32,000 nucleotides of DNA. It comes from Sulfolobus acidocaldarius DSM 639. GTDB lineage: Archaea > Thermoproteota > Thermoprotei_A > Sulfolobales > Sulfolobaceae. The position numbers and the translations under genes are program-made. Below, one piece after another: positions 9,972-18,699 of this stretch (positions are counted from its first letter, which is position 1; every line of letters begins with the position of its first letter). The stretch spans positions 270,001 through 302,000 of the forward strand of contig NC_007181.1 in the NCBI RefSeq assembly GCF_000012285.1. Reading direction: 5' to 3'. A model generated the notes under the pieces. It had not been told where the DNA came from. It saw only the letters and a program-made list of their open reading frames with translations, and made no database searches.

Positions 9972-10641
9972 CTTTTATCACCTTAAGAAAGGATTTTAAC
10001 CCTAAAACCATAGCTGTAGTAGAGAGATGAGGAGGATAGAGACCTCCTCCCTTTCTATCCACAGCTAAAAGGGTTGCATAATCAACATAACGCACGTATG
10101 CATATACCAAAAAAATAGAAGTTGAAAAATAATTATTAGTGTCCAGACCGAAAACTGATAAGATCTCTCTAAGCTCCTTCAGAGCCTCAAAATAATCATC
10201 CTTACTGTTAAGCTTTACATTGTCCATTAGTACATATGTAATTGAACCTGTGTTCTTCTTATCATTCCAGATCCACCTAGTCCATAAAGGATATTGTTCA
10301 GGCTCCAAGAAATGAATTATCTCCCTAGCCATATCCAATATATCCTCAGGTTCTTCACTTACCAGGGAGGAAAACAGCTTTAACCTCTCTGAGTAATCTA
10401 AACTTGTATCTTTCAATTTATTGTAAGCTTCCCTTATTCTACCTATTCCATTCTTTTCCAAAACATAATTAAAGTGTTTCCTAGCATAAAACACACTATC
10501 GAATAATTGTCTAACATCGTGCTCAGAATTTATGTTCAGTGATCTAAGGAACTTGGTCTTCTCCTCCATAGCCATTATTATCGCTTTTAACGATTCTTTC
10601 GGATTTAATTTTGCGGTGTTTGTAACCTCCTTGGCTAACAT
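9958..10641 (-). CDS. conserved hypothetical protein of hdr-like clusters (hyp)
   Basis: 227 aa with no recognisable cofactor motif. It occupies the position between hdrA and hdrC2 that a conserved hypothetical gene holds in described sHdr clusters. It overlaps hdrC2 by 14 nt. Confidence 0.65.
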   Translation of the reverse strand: MLAKEVTNTAKLNPKESLKAIIMAMEEKTKFLRSLNINSEHDVRQLFDSVFYARKHFNYVLEKNGIGRIREAYNKLKDTSLDYSERLKLFSSLVSEEPEDILDMAREIIHFLEPEQYPLWTRWIWNDKKNTGSITYVLMDNVKLNSKDDYFEALKELREILSVFGLDTNNYFSTSIFLVYAYVRYVDYATLLAVDRKGGGLYPPHLSTTAMVLGLKSFLKVIKVANS

Positions 10642-10684
10642 ACCATTGTATATATCTCTAACGTAATCTACGCTCAGTAACTTG

Positions 10685-11782
10685 CTAATGATGTATCACC
10701 TGTTGCATCTTACCAAAATTAGACTCCTCCCAAACACCACTGGTAACATATTGATATGCCTTTAAAGCTGCTGCATAGCCCTCAGTTATTGAGTCCGATA
10801 TCCCCTTAGGTCCTGTTATTGCTCCAGCTAAGAATACACCTTTTCTCGTGGACTGTACGGGCAACCTGTCGGGATCAAGAGGTTTCACAAAACCGTGTTC
10901 CTCTAGCTCGAGACCAAGAACTTTAGCTACTTGCTTGGATCCTAAACCTAACTCCATTCCGTTAGCTAATATAACCATATCATATGGTACAACTAATGCC
11001 CTGTTCAAATTCATTGTATCTTCTCCCTTTATTATTACGGTATCATTAGGACCTCTCATGAATTCAGAAATCCTACCTCTTATGAACCCAACCCTGTAAT
11101 CCAATTGTGCCTTCCAATACAGCTTATCCTCCATAAGTCCATATGTCCTTATATCCATGTAATAGATGTGGACAATTGCATCAGGTATTCTCTGCTTTAT
11201 CTCCATTGCCTGTTTAATTGATATTGCACAACAGACTCTCGAGCAGTAAGTATTCCCAACAGTAGCATCTCTGGAACCAACACATAATAATATTGCTACT
11301 CTTTTTGGAGGTGTACCTTTTGTAGTGACCAGTTTGTTCTCGTGGAGCATACCCTCTATATCAGATATCTGGTATATGTTGGGAATCAATCCATACCCAT
11401 ACTCGTACTTCCTCCTAGAGTCAAAATGCTCAAACCCTGAGGCGGCTATTATTGCATTAACCTTCTCGGTCTTTAGGTTTCCCTTCTTATCCTTTATACC
11501 AACCTCGAATCCATCAGAAACGTTTTTCATATTCTCAATTATACTCTCTGTTAGAACTCTTACATTACCATTCTCTTCTACACTTTTCACTAGAGGGTCA
11601 AGAACCTCAGATGCAGGTCTTAATTCAGGAAATAGAAGACTGTATTTCAACTTTTTAGGCGTACCGCCGAGATAGGACTCCCTCTCCACTAATATTAAAT
11701 CAACTCCCATTCTACTTAATTCCTTAGCTGCTGAGAGACCCGCTGGTCCTGCTCCAACAACCAGAACCGATTTATTCACCAT
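10685..11782 (-). CDS. hdrA: heterodisulfide reductase-like flavoprotein HdrA (short sHdrA type)
   Basis: 365 aa. It has the FAD dinucleotide fold VLVVGAGPAGLSAA and the HdrA Fe-S signature LCVGSRD...YCSRVCC. Confidence 0.9.
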   Translation of the reverse strand: MVNKSVLVVGAGPAGLSAAKELSRMGVDLILVERESYLGGTPKKLKYSLLFPELRPASEVLDPLVKSVEENGNVRVLTESIIENMKNVSDGFEVGIKDKKGNLKTEKVNAIIAASGFEHFDSRRKYEYGYGLIPNIYQISDIEGMLHENKLVTTKGTPPKRVAILLCVGSRDATVGNTYCSRVCCAISIKQAMEIKQRIPDAIVHIYYMDIRTYGLMEDKLYWKAQLDYRVGFIRGRISEFMRGPNDTVIIKGEDTMNLNRALVVPYDMVILANGMELGLGSKQVAKVLGLELEEHGFVKPLDPDRLPVQSTRKGVFLAGAITGPKGISDSITEGYAAALKAYQYVTSGVWEESNFGKMQQVIHH

Positions 11783-11836
11783 CTTTCCACCTTATGATAT
11801 AAAGTTAAATAAAATTTTAAATAAAAACTTTTGTTA

Positions 11837-13153
11837 TTACTTTTGCTGGGACTTATACCATTTAACTCTATCAGGCAGTGTCAGATAGAAGTCAATTTTT
11901 CTATGTTTTGGATATAGGTATTGGGTTTCTTCCTTTCCTTCCCTTAAATCGTGTAAGTACTGCAGGAACTTCTCTTTGTGGTCATCAACTGGTACACCTA
12001 TTTTCCTCAAAAATCCCTCCACGTCCGTTGCATGCCAATGTATCTGGGCAATAGTATAGGGATCAGCTCCCATAGCAAGAGCGACAAACTGCGCATCTGC
12101 TAATACTGGTAAATTATAATTGACTCCATGTGCCTTACCTACCCACTGACTCTTATCTAAAGTTGTCACACATCCTGTATCAGAGGTTACGAAGACATCT
12201 GCATGACCCTCCTCTACAGCAGGTATAACTTTCTTGAATAAAGCAAAGCTTCTGGTAAACTCCCTTTCAGTCAAAATATGTCTGAAACCAAATCCACAGC
12301 AATCCCACCACGTAGAATAATCTACTAATTTGGCACCTAGATTCTTTACTGTGCCTGAAGGAGCTGCAGGTCTTCTTCCCTGGTAAACTTCAGGGTCATA
12401 TATTGTATCCTCTGGTACTAACTTGTAGATATGGCATGGTGTGTGGACAGCAGCCTTGACTCCCTCTAGGTTATATTTCTTTTGCTGTGCAGCTTTCTTG
12501 CTCATAACATACATCCATTCTGAGTAGTGGACTACTTCCTCTGGTACAACTATATCCATGTCTAGTTTTCTCATTATTGGTCTCAGTTTCTCCCTTATTT
12601 CACTGTGTAGTATTATCATGTTCCTCATTTCCTTATAGTGCCCAAACGAGGTACCACAATGTATTAGAGGGAAATAGTCTGTTTCATAAGCCCTCCACAT
12701 ATTTCTAACATAAACACCTGCTAATGCGACAGGATTAGACGCACCAGATGCGTGATAGTTCCAACCTGTACATGAAGTCTGATGAGGTTCGTCTAAATAA
12801 TCAATCTCAAGTTTATTCATGATCCAAAAGACTGAGGTCGGGTAACCAGGGATATGACCACACTGACCACAGCTTTTATGATGCCATAACTTTGTTGTCG
12901 GAATCTTTTTAGGAAGACCATTTAAGGACTGATATTCTACAGGGTTATACATGGGTTTAACGTGATGGACTAGTATCTCACCCTTATCCTCCAGCTTATA
13001 TAACTCCTCCTTAACGTGCTGGAGACCATGAGGTGTACTGTACTTGTAAATTATCCTCTGATAGACATCCTCCCAATCCACCTGGTCAGCCATAGGAAAT
13101 GCTTCCTTTATAGCCTCGTCAAGCTTCTTCTCCTGCTCTTTATTCATACTCAT
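11837..13153 (-). CDS. hdrB1: heterodisulfide reductase-like subunit HdrB1
   Basis: 438 aa. It is Cys-rich, with CGQCGH and the CCG-type motif WWDCCGFGFRH. It is the first gene of the hdrB1-A-hyp-C2-B2 operon and has a palindromic TATA-like box about 24 nt upstream. Confidence 0.85.
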   Translation of the reverse strand: MSMNKEQEKKLDEAIKEAFPMADQVDWEDVYQRIIYKYSTPHGLQHVKEELYKLEDKGEILVHHVKPMYNPVEYQSLNGLPKKIPTTKLWHHKSCGQCGHIPGYPTSVFWIMNKLEIDYLDEPHQTSCTGWNYHASGASNPVALAGVYVRNMWRAYETDYFPLIHCGTSFGHYKEMRNMIILHSEIREKLRPIMRKLDMDIVVPEEVVHYSEWMYVMSKKAAQQKKYNLEGVKAAVHTPCHIYKLVPEDTIYDPEVYQGRRPAAPSGTVKNLGAKLVDYSTWWDCCGFGFRHILTEREFTRSFALFKKVIPAVEEGHADVFVTSDTGCVTTLDKSQWVGKAHGVNYNLPVLADAQFVALAMGADPYTIAQIHWHATDVEGFLRKIGVPVDDHKEKFLQYLHDLREGKEETQYLYPKHRKIDFYLTLPDRVKWYKSQQK

Positions 13154-13170
13154 ATTTGAGACACCTTTGT

Positions 13171-13185
13171 TATTTATAAAATATT
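13171..13185 (-). promoter_or_regulatory. TATA-like box for hdrB1-hdrA-hyp-hdrC2-hdrB2 operon
   Basis: The sequence tatttataaaatatt contains the palindromic tttataaa (13173-13180), centred about 24 nt upstream of the hdrB1 ATG (13153). The spacing fits a leaderless archaeal mRNA. Confidence 0.4.
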
Positions 13186-13642
13186 AATAAAAATATAAAA
13201 ACTTTTCCTAAAGCTATTTTGCCCAGAAACTTGACTCAATTGGAAAGCGCCCGTGTTTTTAGTAGCTATGGTAGTATTTTTGAAGTAAACTGAATAAAAT
13301 ACTTTCAATAAAATAGGTAATAATAATTAAATCATTAAGGTATTTCTCTGTGTAGTAAGTAATCACCGCTTTACCGCAACTTTTTAAGATAAAAAGAAAT
13401 AATCTAATTATTCACTAAACTTGTTAAACTTGCACAAATTGACTGGTAAACGTAAATTAGGTCTTAAATTAAATTAAAAAAGTATTACATTTTCAAAAAC
13501 AACATAAACTGTCTTTTTATTTTTTAAATTTCCTACAAGTAGATTCCAGAACCGTAAATGATATTAAGTTAATACGTACATTATAAAATTATTAAGCACA
13601 CTTTGTACAGCCTTTATAAAAAATTTATTAATCACAATTTAC

Positions 13643-13658
13643 CATATATATATAAAAG
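13643..13658 (+). promoter_or_regulatory. TATA-like box for tusA-like/SQR-like operon
   Basis: The sequence catatatatataaaag ends 12 nt before the GTG at 13670. The spacing is roughly, not perfectly, that expected for a leaderless transcript. Confidence 0.3.
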
Positions 13659-13669
13659 GTGACCCAAAG

Positions 13670-13903
13670 GTGAGCAGTCTGAGAATATACAAAGAACTAG
13701 ACTTAACCAGTTCCTCATGTGCAGGACCAATTGGTGAACTCTCAGGTGTGATAGATGAGCTTCAAGATGGTGAAGCTGTTAAAGTAATATTGGGAGATGA
13801 GGCGACAAAAAAAGACATAACATTATGGGCGAAGAGAAGGGGAGTTAAGATAGTAAAAGAAGAACAGGAAGGGAGTAAGCACATATTATTCATAACTAAA
13901 TGA
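13670..13903 (+). CDS. TusA-like sulfur carrier paralogue with variant active-site motif (CAGP instead of CPxP)
   Basis: 77 aa with a GTG start. It aligns along its length with the canonical TusA in this window (LDLTSSSCAGPIGEL vs LDARGMYCPGPVLET; DITLWAKRRG vs DIEAWARRTG). Confidence 0.6.
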   Translation: MSSLRIYKELDLTSSSCAGPIGELSGVIDELQDGEAVKVILGDEATKKDITLWAKRRGVKIVKEEQEGSKHILFITK

Positions 13904-13915
13904 GGTGATTATGGT

Positions 13916-15073
13916 TTGGCTAAAAGGATAATTGTAGCAGGAGGAAATATAGGAGGCACAATAATAGCAAATAGGCTAGCCCAAAAATTAGACCATGAAC
14001 TTCATAAAGGAGAAGTGGAAATTGTAGTTCTAAACAAGAACGACGATCATATTTACTACCCCGGACAATTGTTATTAGCCTATGGTCTTGAGACTCCACC
14101 AGAATTAATGAAAAAAGAAAGCGAGCTACTGGACCATAGAATTAAGTTTATACACGGTGAGAAAGGGACTATAACAAAATTTGACCCAGCGAACCACTCT
14201 GTAGTAACTGCAGATGGTGTTTCACACAGTTACGACTACTTAGTGATAACAACCGGAGTAGAGTACAGTTGGGATGAGATACCAGGCTATAGGGCTGGAT
14301 CAGTTAACTTTTATGAATATGAAGATGCCCTGAAGATGAGAGAAGCACTAAACAATTTCCAGGGAGGAACAATCGTAGTTAATACAGCAAGATTACCCCA
14401 CAGATGCCCTGTTGCACCCTTAGAGAACACATTAGTCCTTGATGATTACTTAAGAAAGAGGGGAATAAGGGACAAGACTAAAATTATTTACACATACCCA
14501 GTTCAGGGAGTGTTTGGAAGACCAATAACTAACAAATTCATGCTAAAGTTATTTGAAGAGAGAGGTATTGAAGTGCATTCACCATTCACTGTAACAAATG
14601 TAAACCCAACTGAGAAGATAATTGAGTCTCAAGAAGGAGGTAAGCTGAAGTACGATCTGCTAATTGCAATTCCACCAAATATGGGAGCAAAAGTCGTAGG
14701 AGATTCAGGATTGGGTGACAGGAGGAGATGGCTACCAACTGATAAGTTCACCCTGAGAATGAAAGACCATTCTAATGTATATGTAATGGGAGATGCTACC
14801 GATTTACCCGTATCTAAGGCAGGCTCCACTGCAGACTTTGAATCTTATGTCGTATCCCATAACATAGCGAACGACATTAAAGGTAATTTAGGTATGAAGC
14901 ACTACGGAGGAGATGTACTCTGTTATATAGCAACTGGAACTGATCAAGCAACCTACATTAGGTTTAGTTATACCATGAACGAGAGTCCTCCACCCCCATC
15001 CTACATCCACTGGTGGGGGAAGATAATGTACAATAAATTATACTGGACTGTAACAGCCAAGGCAGTGGTATAA
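13916..15073 (+). CDS. sulfide:quinone oxidoreductase-like FAD-dependent pyridine nucleotide-disulfide oxidoreductase
   Basis: 385 aa with a TTG start 7 nt after a perfect GAGGTGAT Shine-Dalgarno site. The N-terminal FAD fold is [15 protein letters not shown]. Cys residues sit in SQR-like contexts ([22 protein letters not shown]). Confidence 0.7.
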   Translation: MAKRIIVAGGNIGGTIIANRLAQKLDHELHKGEVEIVVLNKNDDHIYYPGQLLLAYGLETPPELMKKESELLDHRIKFIHGEKGTITKFDPANHSVVTADGVSHSYDYLVITTGVEYSWDEIPGYRAGSVNFYEYEDALKMREALNNFQGGTIVVNTARLPHRCPVAPLENTLVLDDYLRKRGIRDKTKIIYTYPVQGVFGRPITNKFMLKLFEERGIEVHSPFTVTNVNPTEKIIESQEGGKLKYDLLIAIPPNMGAKVVGDSGLGDRRRWLPTDKFTLRMKDHSNVYVMGDATDLPVSKAGSTADFESYVVSHNIANDIKGNLGMKHYGGDVLCYIATGTDQATYIRFSYTMNESPPPPSYIHWWGKIMYNKLYWTVTAKAVV

Positions 15074-15074
15074 A

Positions 15075-15455
15075 ATGAAACTAGGGATAATAGTGGGTAC
15101 TAATGAGAGATCAAGGTTAACATATGCAGCAATGAACTCTGTAATATCCTCATCTATGGGAGACGAAGTATTCGTATTCTTGACAATGGATTCAGTAAGG
15201 GCTTTCACAAAAAACCCTGAAGTTAAAGACTCAGATGTTTCATCAAAAACAATGGTTGAAAAGAAAGATGAGGACTTTACAGGGCTCTTCAAAAAGGCAA
15301 AGAAGAGCGGAAAGGTGAAGATTTATGCTTGCTCTTACGCCAGCAAGCTGTTTAACTATAGTAAAGCAGATTACAATGACCTTGTAGACGAAATAGCGGG
15401 AATAACTACGTTCATGATGGATGTAGAAGGGGGACAAGTTATCTCAGTGTGGTGA
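15075..15455 (+). CDS. DsrE3-like DsrE/DsrF-family sulfurtransferase paralogue
   Basis: 126 aa and colinear with DsrE3A in this window (KLGIIVGTNE.. vs KLSIIVFSGT..; KIYACSYASKLF vs KVYACSTTMEFF; C-terminus DVEGGQVISVW vs RAEGGITLFI). The Cys is conserved. It starts 1 nt after the SQR-like stop. Confidence 0.65.
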   Translation: MKLGIIVGTNERSRLTYAAMNSVISSSMGDEVFVFLTMDSVRAFTKNPEVKDSDVSSKTMVEKKDEDFTGLFKKAKKSGKVKIYACSYASKLFNYSKADYNDLVDEIAGITTFMMDVEGGQVISVW

Positions 15456-15460
15456 AGGTA

Positions 15461-16381
15461 ATGCAAGACCTAAATCTAGATAAGATTTTTTCTAAATTAG
15501 ACCAAAAGAGAATTGATGCACTATCTGAATTGGTAGAACTGACACCAACACTAACTGAATTACTTAAGAAACTTGATGAGTTGAAAGAATCAGGAACATT
15601 GGACGCATTAATAAATTATGCGTATATAGGGAAAACAATGAAGGATATGCTAAACGATGATGCTCTTCAAAACCTCAGCAACACGGTCTCCAGTCTATTA
15701 GAGCTTACTAAGGTTCTGTCAAGACCTGATACATTCCATAATACTATGAGGTTAATGAACAATATAGACGCATTGGCTGATGTTACAAGTAAATTGAGGA
15801 CCATGAAAGAGGATGGAACACTAGATGTACTTATGAACACTGCCTACACCATTAGAACATTCAGAGACATGCTCAATGATGAAGCTCTAGCCAACATTTC
15901 AAGGTATACGTCCAACCTGTTAGAGATTTTGAGGGAAATGGATGATAACTCAGTAAGATCGTTGAAGAGCATATTAAGAAGGGCTAAGACCATAGACGGC
16001 TTAATGGTCAGATTAGAAGAACTTGAAAACTCAGGAGCATTAGATGTGTTATTAAACCTAGCCTATGCAGGGAAAACAATGAAGGATATGCTAAACGATG
16101 ATGCGTTAGCTGAGATAGGGAAATATCTCTCACAGTTCCTAGAGGCTTATCCAAGAGTTATGGGATTACTAAATAGTGTGACAGATGGAAACGGTCTCGT
16201 CTCGAGAATGATGAATGCAATGAAATCAGAGGACGTTAGAAAGGCTTTAGAATCTCCTCCCAAAGTGTCTATTAGTGGTTTGATTAAGCAGTTATCAGAC
16301 CCTGAGGTACAAGTAGGTCTTGGAGTATTATTCTCGGTAATTAAAGCGATAGGAAAAGAATTCTCAAGTCATAACAAGTAA
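15461..16381 (+). CDS. DUF1641-family protein with three tandem ~72-aa helical repeats
   Basis: The ATG at 15461 is preceded by GGTGA (15451-15455); the track ORF begins at a GTG at 15449. There are three repeats of the type L(K/E)ESGTLDALINYAYIGKTMKDMLNDDAL. The C-terminal DUF1641 motif is LSDPEVQVGLGVLFSVIKAIG. Confidence 0.7.
   Translation: MQDLNLDKIFSKLDQKRIDALSELVELTPTLTELLKKLDELKESGTLDALINYAYIGKTMKDMLNDDALQNLSNTVSSLLELTKVLSRPDTFHNTMRLMNNIDALADVTSKLRTMKEDGTLDVLMNTAYTIRTFRDMLNDEALANISRYTSNLLEILREMDDNSVRSLKSILRRAKTIDGLMVRLEELENSGALDVLLNLAYAGKTMKDMLNDDALAEIGKYLSQFLEAYPRVMGLLNSVTDGNGLVSRMMNAMKSEDVRKALESPPKVSISGLIKQLSDPEVQVGLGVLFSVIKAIGKEFSSHNK
15628..15663 (+). repeat. 36-nt perfect direct repeat, copy 1 (intragenic, in-frame)
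   Basis: The sequence agggaaaacaatgaaggatatgctaaacgatgatgc is identical to 16069-16104, which is 441 nt (147 codons) downstream. It encodes GKTMKDMLNDDA in repeat units 1 and 3 of the DUF1641 protein. Confidence 0.9.
16069..16104 (+). repeat. 36-nt perfect direct repeat, copy 2
   Basis: Identical to 15628-15663 by direct reading of the sequence. Confidence 0.9.
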
Positions 16382-16401
16382 TTTTTATTTTATTATTTTT
16401 T
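16382..16401 (+). terminator. T-rich archaeal terminator candidate after the DUF1641-repeat gene
   Basis: The sequence tttttattttattatttttt begins immediately after the TAA stop at 16381, in a convergent intergenic region. Confidence 0.35.
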
Positions 16402-16553
16402 AGTATCATTTTATCAGATATTAGATAAATGCCATGTAAATTTCTACTTCTTATCTCCTTATTCAGCTCTTTTAAACACAGTGAGGATTTGGAGAGATAA
16501 TCTCAGCACATGTGTAAAAATAATATAATGGGGTTCTAGTATATACAAAAAAT

Positions 16554-17405
16554 TTACAAATCTAGCCAGCTATCAGGTAGTTCGTCTTCGTTGAGCTCTC
16601 CTTTTTCCCATTTCTCCTTTAGTTCCTCTAACTGTTGCTTTCTCTCCTCGTATATATCCATAATCATGTCGTAAAGGTCCTTATCCACGTTCTTAAGAGA
16701 ATCAAGAACTCCAGATTCAATAAAGATTGTCATTAACTCTACCGCAGTCTGTAATGATGTATGCCAACCTACATCAGACCTTTGTAGTAAATCCACTGGT
16801 ATTGCCTTTCTATAGATATCCATGTTCTCAGACTCCTCTAGGGCTCTTGGCCCCCAGTCAGGGAAAGCCTCAGGTTGAATCATATTAGGTGTTACTTGAT
16901 TCCCTGTGGTTATTACTGTAAGCAAAACTCTTCTGTAAGGAGCAAGCACTTCCTTAGCTGATGGTAAAGCAAATTTTACTGCATATTCTCTCAGCAACAT
17001 TATCAAACCCGCAATTTCATTATTAAATGGGCATCTCATTGAGCACGTATAACACTGTACACAAGCCCAGACTTTCTTATTGGTGAATTCCCAAATCTTA
17101 TCGACAGAATCCCTCATCATATACTGAATCATTTCCCTTGGTCCAAAATCGTAAAACTTGGCTGCAGGACAGCCTGAGGTACATACTCCACAGTTTAAGC
17201 AACCCCTCAAATATTCATTAAATCTGAAATCGCTTTTCACAGCTTCCCAAAATCTAATTGCTGCTTCTCTCTCATCAGGTTTCAAATTGCTCATTAGATT
17301 CCTCTCTTCCTCAGCTACTGCTCCTTGTACCTCATATGACATATCCAAGTATCTAGGGTCGTCGGGTAAAGGCGGAGTTATAGTTTTAGCTGCCATCAAA
17401 TTCAC
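16554..17405 (-). CDS. hdrC1: heterodisulfide reductase-like subunit HdrC1 (2x[4Fe-4S])
   Basis: 283 aa from the GTG at 17405; an alternative ATG at 17396 gives 280 aa. Ferredoxin-type motifs are CLNCGVCTSGCP and CVQCYTCSMRCP. Confidence 0.85.
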   Translation of the reverse strand: MNLMAAKTITPPLPDDPRYLDMSYEVQGAVAEEERNLMSNLKPDEREAAIRFWEAVKSDFRFNEYLRGCLNCGVCTSGCPAAKFYDFGPREMIQYMMRDSVDKIWEFTNKKVWACVQCYTCSMRCPFNNEIAGLIMLLREYAVKFALPSAKEVLAPYRRVLLTVITTGNQVTPNMIQPEAFPDWGPRALEESENMDIYRKAIPVDLLQRSDVGWHTSLQTAVELMTIFIESGVLDSLKNVDKDLYDMIMDIYEERKQQLEELKEKWEKGELNEDELPDSWLDL

Positions 17406-17470
17406 ACAAATAAATAATATAAGAAGGGTACTTATAAATTTTTATTATAATAAAAAAAATTGAACTTTAC

Positions 17471-17713
17471 TTATTTCATTCTCTTGATAAGTATTCTAGT
17501 TGCATCTCCTTGTTGCTGGATATCTAGGATTTGATGACCTGTCCTCCTTGCCCAAGCCTCAATATCAGGTTTTGCAGCTGGGTCTGTTGCTAATACTTCT
17601 AATACTTCACCGACTTGTATCTGCTTTATAGCCTTAGCTGTCTCTAGAACGGGTCCAGGGCAATACATTCCCCTTGCATCAAGGGTTTTTGATATTTTTG
17701 CTTCTTGAGTCAC
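17471..17713 (-). CDS. tusA: sulfur carrier protein TusA
   Basis: 80 aa with a GTG start preceded by GGTGA. It has the canonical motif LDARGMYCPGPVLET and follows dsrE3A after an 11-nt gap. Confidence 0.9.
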   Translation of the reverse strand: MTQEAKISKTLDARGMYCPGPVLETAKAIKQIQVGEVLEVLATDPAAKPDIEAWARRTGHQILDIQQQGDATRILIKRMK

Positions 17714-17724
17714 TTTCTCTCACC

Positions 17725-18156
17725 TTAGATAAATAATGTAATTCCACCCTCAGCCCTATCTAAAAAAGTTGCCGCACCTACCACATCATCAACAAATTCC
17801 GCTAAATCCTCCCTCTTTACGCCAAAGAACTCCATTGTAGTTGAGCATGCGTACACTTTAACTTCGCCAACTTCTTTAGCTTGCTGAACTAATTGATGCC
17901 ACATGGGATACTTCATCTCTTGCATTCTCTGCATCATTATAGGTCCCATTTGCTCATAGTTCTTGTCTATCTGTGGGGGTTGTTGGCTGTGAATACTCCT
18001 CTTGGTAATTGACTGTAAACCCCAGAAGGTGAAGAACAGGTTAACCTCATAACCACCTGCAGCTGCTGCAGAAGATAAGATTCCTACTGGCATGAGCTTG
18101 TCTATTGTTCCTGAGAACACTATTATAGATAGTTTTTTCTTCTTTTCTTCTCCCAT
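17725..18156 (-). CDS. dsrE3A: DsrE3A-type sulfurtransferase
   Basis: 143 aa of the DsrE/DsrF family. The conserved Cys lies in VKVYACSTTMEF. GGTGA sits 5 nt upstream of the ATG. The dsrE3A-tusA-hdrC1 order matches the Metallosphaera-type arrangement as I recall it. Confidence 0.8.
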   Translation of the reverse strand: MGEEKKKKLSIIVFSGTIDKLMPVGILSSAAAAGGYEVNLFFTFWGLQSITKRSIHSQQPPQIDKNYEQMGPIMMQRMQEMKYPMWHQLVQQAKEVGEVKVYACSTTMEFFGVKREDLAEFVDDVVGAATFLDRAEGGITLFI

Positions 18157-18259
18157 TTTTTCACCAAATATTATTTTTGTTTTTGTTGTATATAACTTTT
18201 GAACTTAATTGCAAGCTCTACAAATTATGAATAAAGTAACAAAAACTTAAATAAGTACA

Positions 18260-18271
18260 AAAATATATAAT
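18260..18271 (+). promoter_or_regulatory. TATA-like box for dsrE2 operon
   Basis: The sequence aaaatatataat is centred about 26 nt upstream of the ATG at 18292, consistent with a leaderless archaeal transcript. Confidence 0.35.
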
Positions 18272-18291
18272 TCAATAAGAGGTAGTCAAGT

Positions 18292-18693
18292 ATGGAACAG
18301 GCTCAATCTGAGTCTCAGGCTGAGGAACAGAAAAAGAAAATCCTGATAGTTGTTACTCACGGACCAGACGATATTGACAGAACATATGCACCCTTATTTA
18401 TGGCTTCAATATCCGCCTCAATGGAGTACGAAACTTCAGTGTTCTTTATGATAAAAGGACCAAAACTATTGGATAAGAAGTGGCAAGAAGAGGAGAGAAG
18501 AAAGGGAGGTAATCCATTCATTAGGTTCTTCGACATGGCAAAAGAAAATGGTGTTAAAATGTACGTATGCGTGCAAAGTCTAAAAGATATGTGCCATATG
18601 AATGAGAGTGACATAGTAGATGGAGTTGAAATAGTAGGAGGATCAACACTAATAGATTTAACAATGGATGCTGACAGATCTCTATTCTTCTGA
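18292..18693 (+). CDS. dsrE2: DsrE2-like (soluble DsrE2B-type) DsrE-family protein
   Basis: 133 aa of the DsrE/DsrF family ([12 protein letters not shown]...; Cys in [11 protein letters not shown]). It is divergent from dsrE3A-tusA-hdrC1. No transmembrane segment is evident. Confidence 0.7.
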   Translation: MEQAQSESQAEEQKKKILIVVTHGPDDIDRTYAPLFMASISASMEYETSVFFMIKGPKLLDKKWQEEERRKGGNPFIRFFDMAKENGVKMYVCVQSLKDMCHMNESDIVDGVEIVGGSTLIDLTMDADRSLFF

Positions 18694-18699
18694 TCAATC

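Noticed and set aside
13154-13669. The long intergenic region as an RNA gene or CRISPR leader.
   Set aside because: I found no repeat-spacer pattern, no tRNA-like or stable stem-loop structure and no conserved RNA motif. It is kept only as a candidate regulatory region.
15628-16104. The 36-nt perfect repeat as part of a CRISPR array or mobile-element terminal repeat.
   Set aside because: There are only two copies. Both lie in frame within one coding sequence and encode the same peptide of a protein-level tandem repeat. No cas or transposase genes are nearby.
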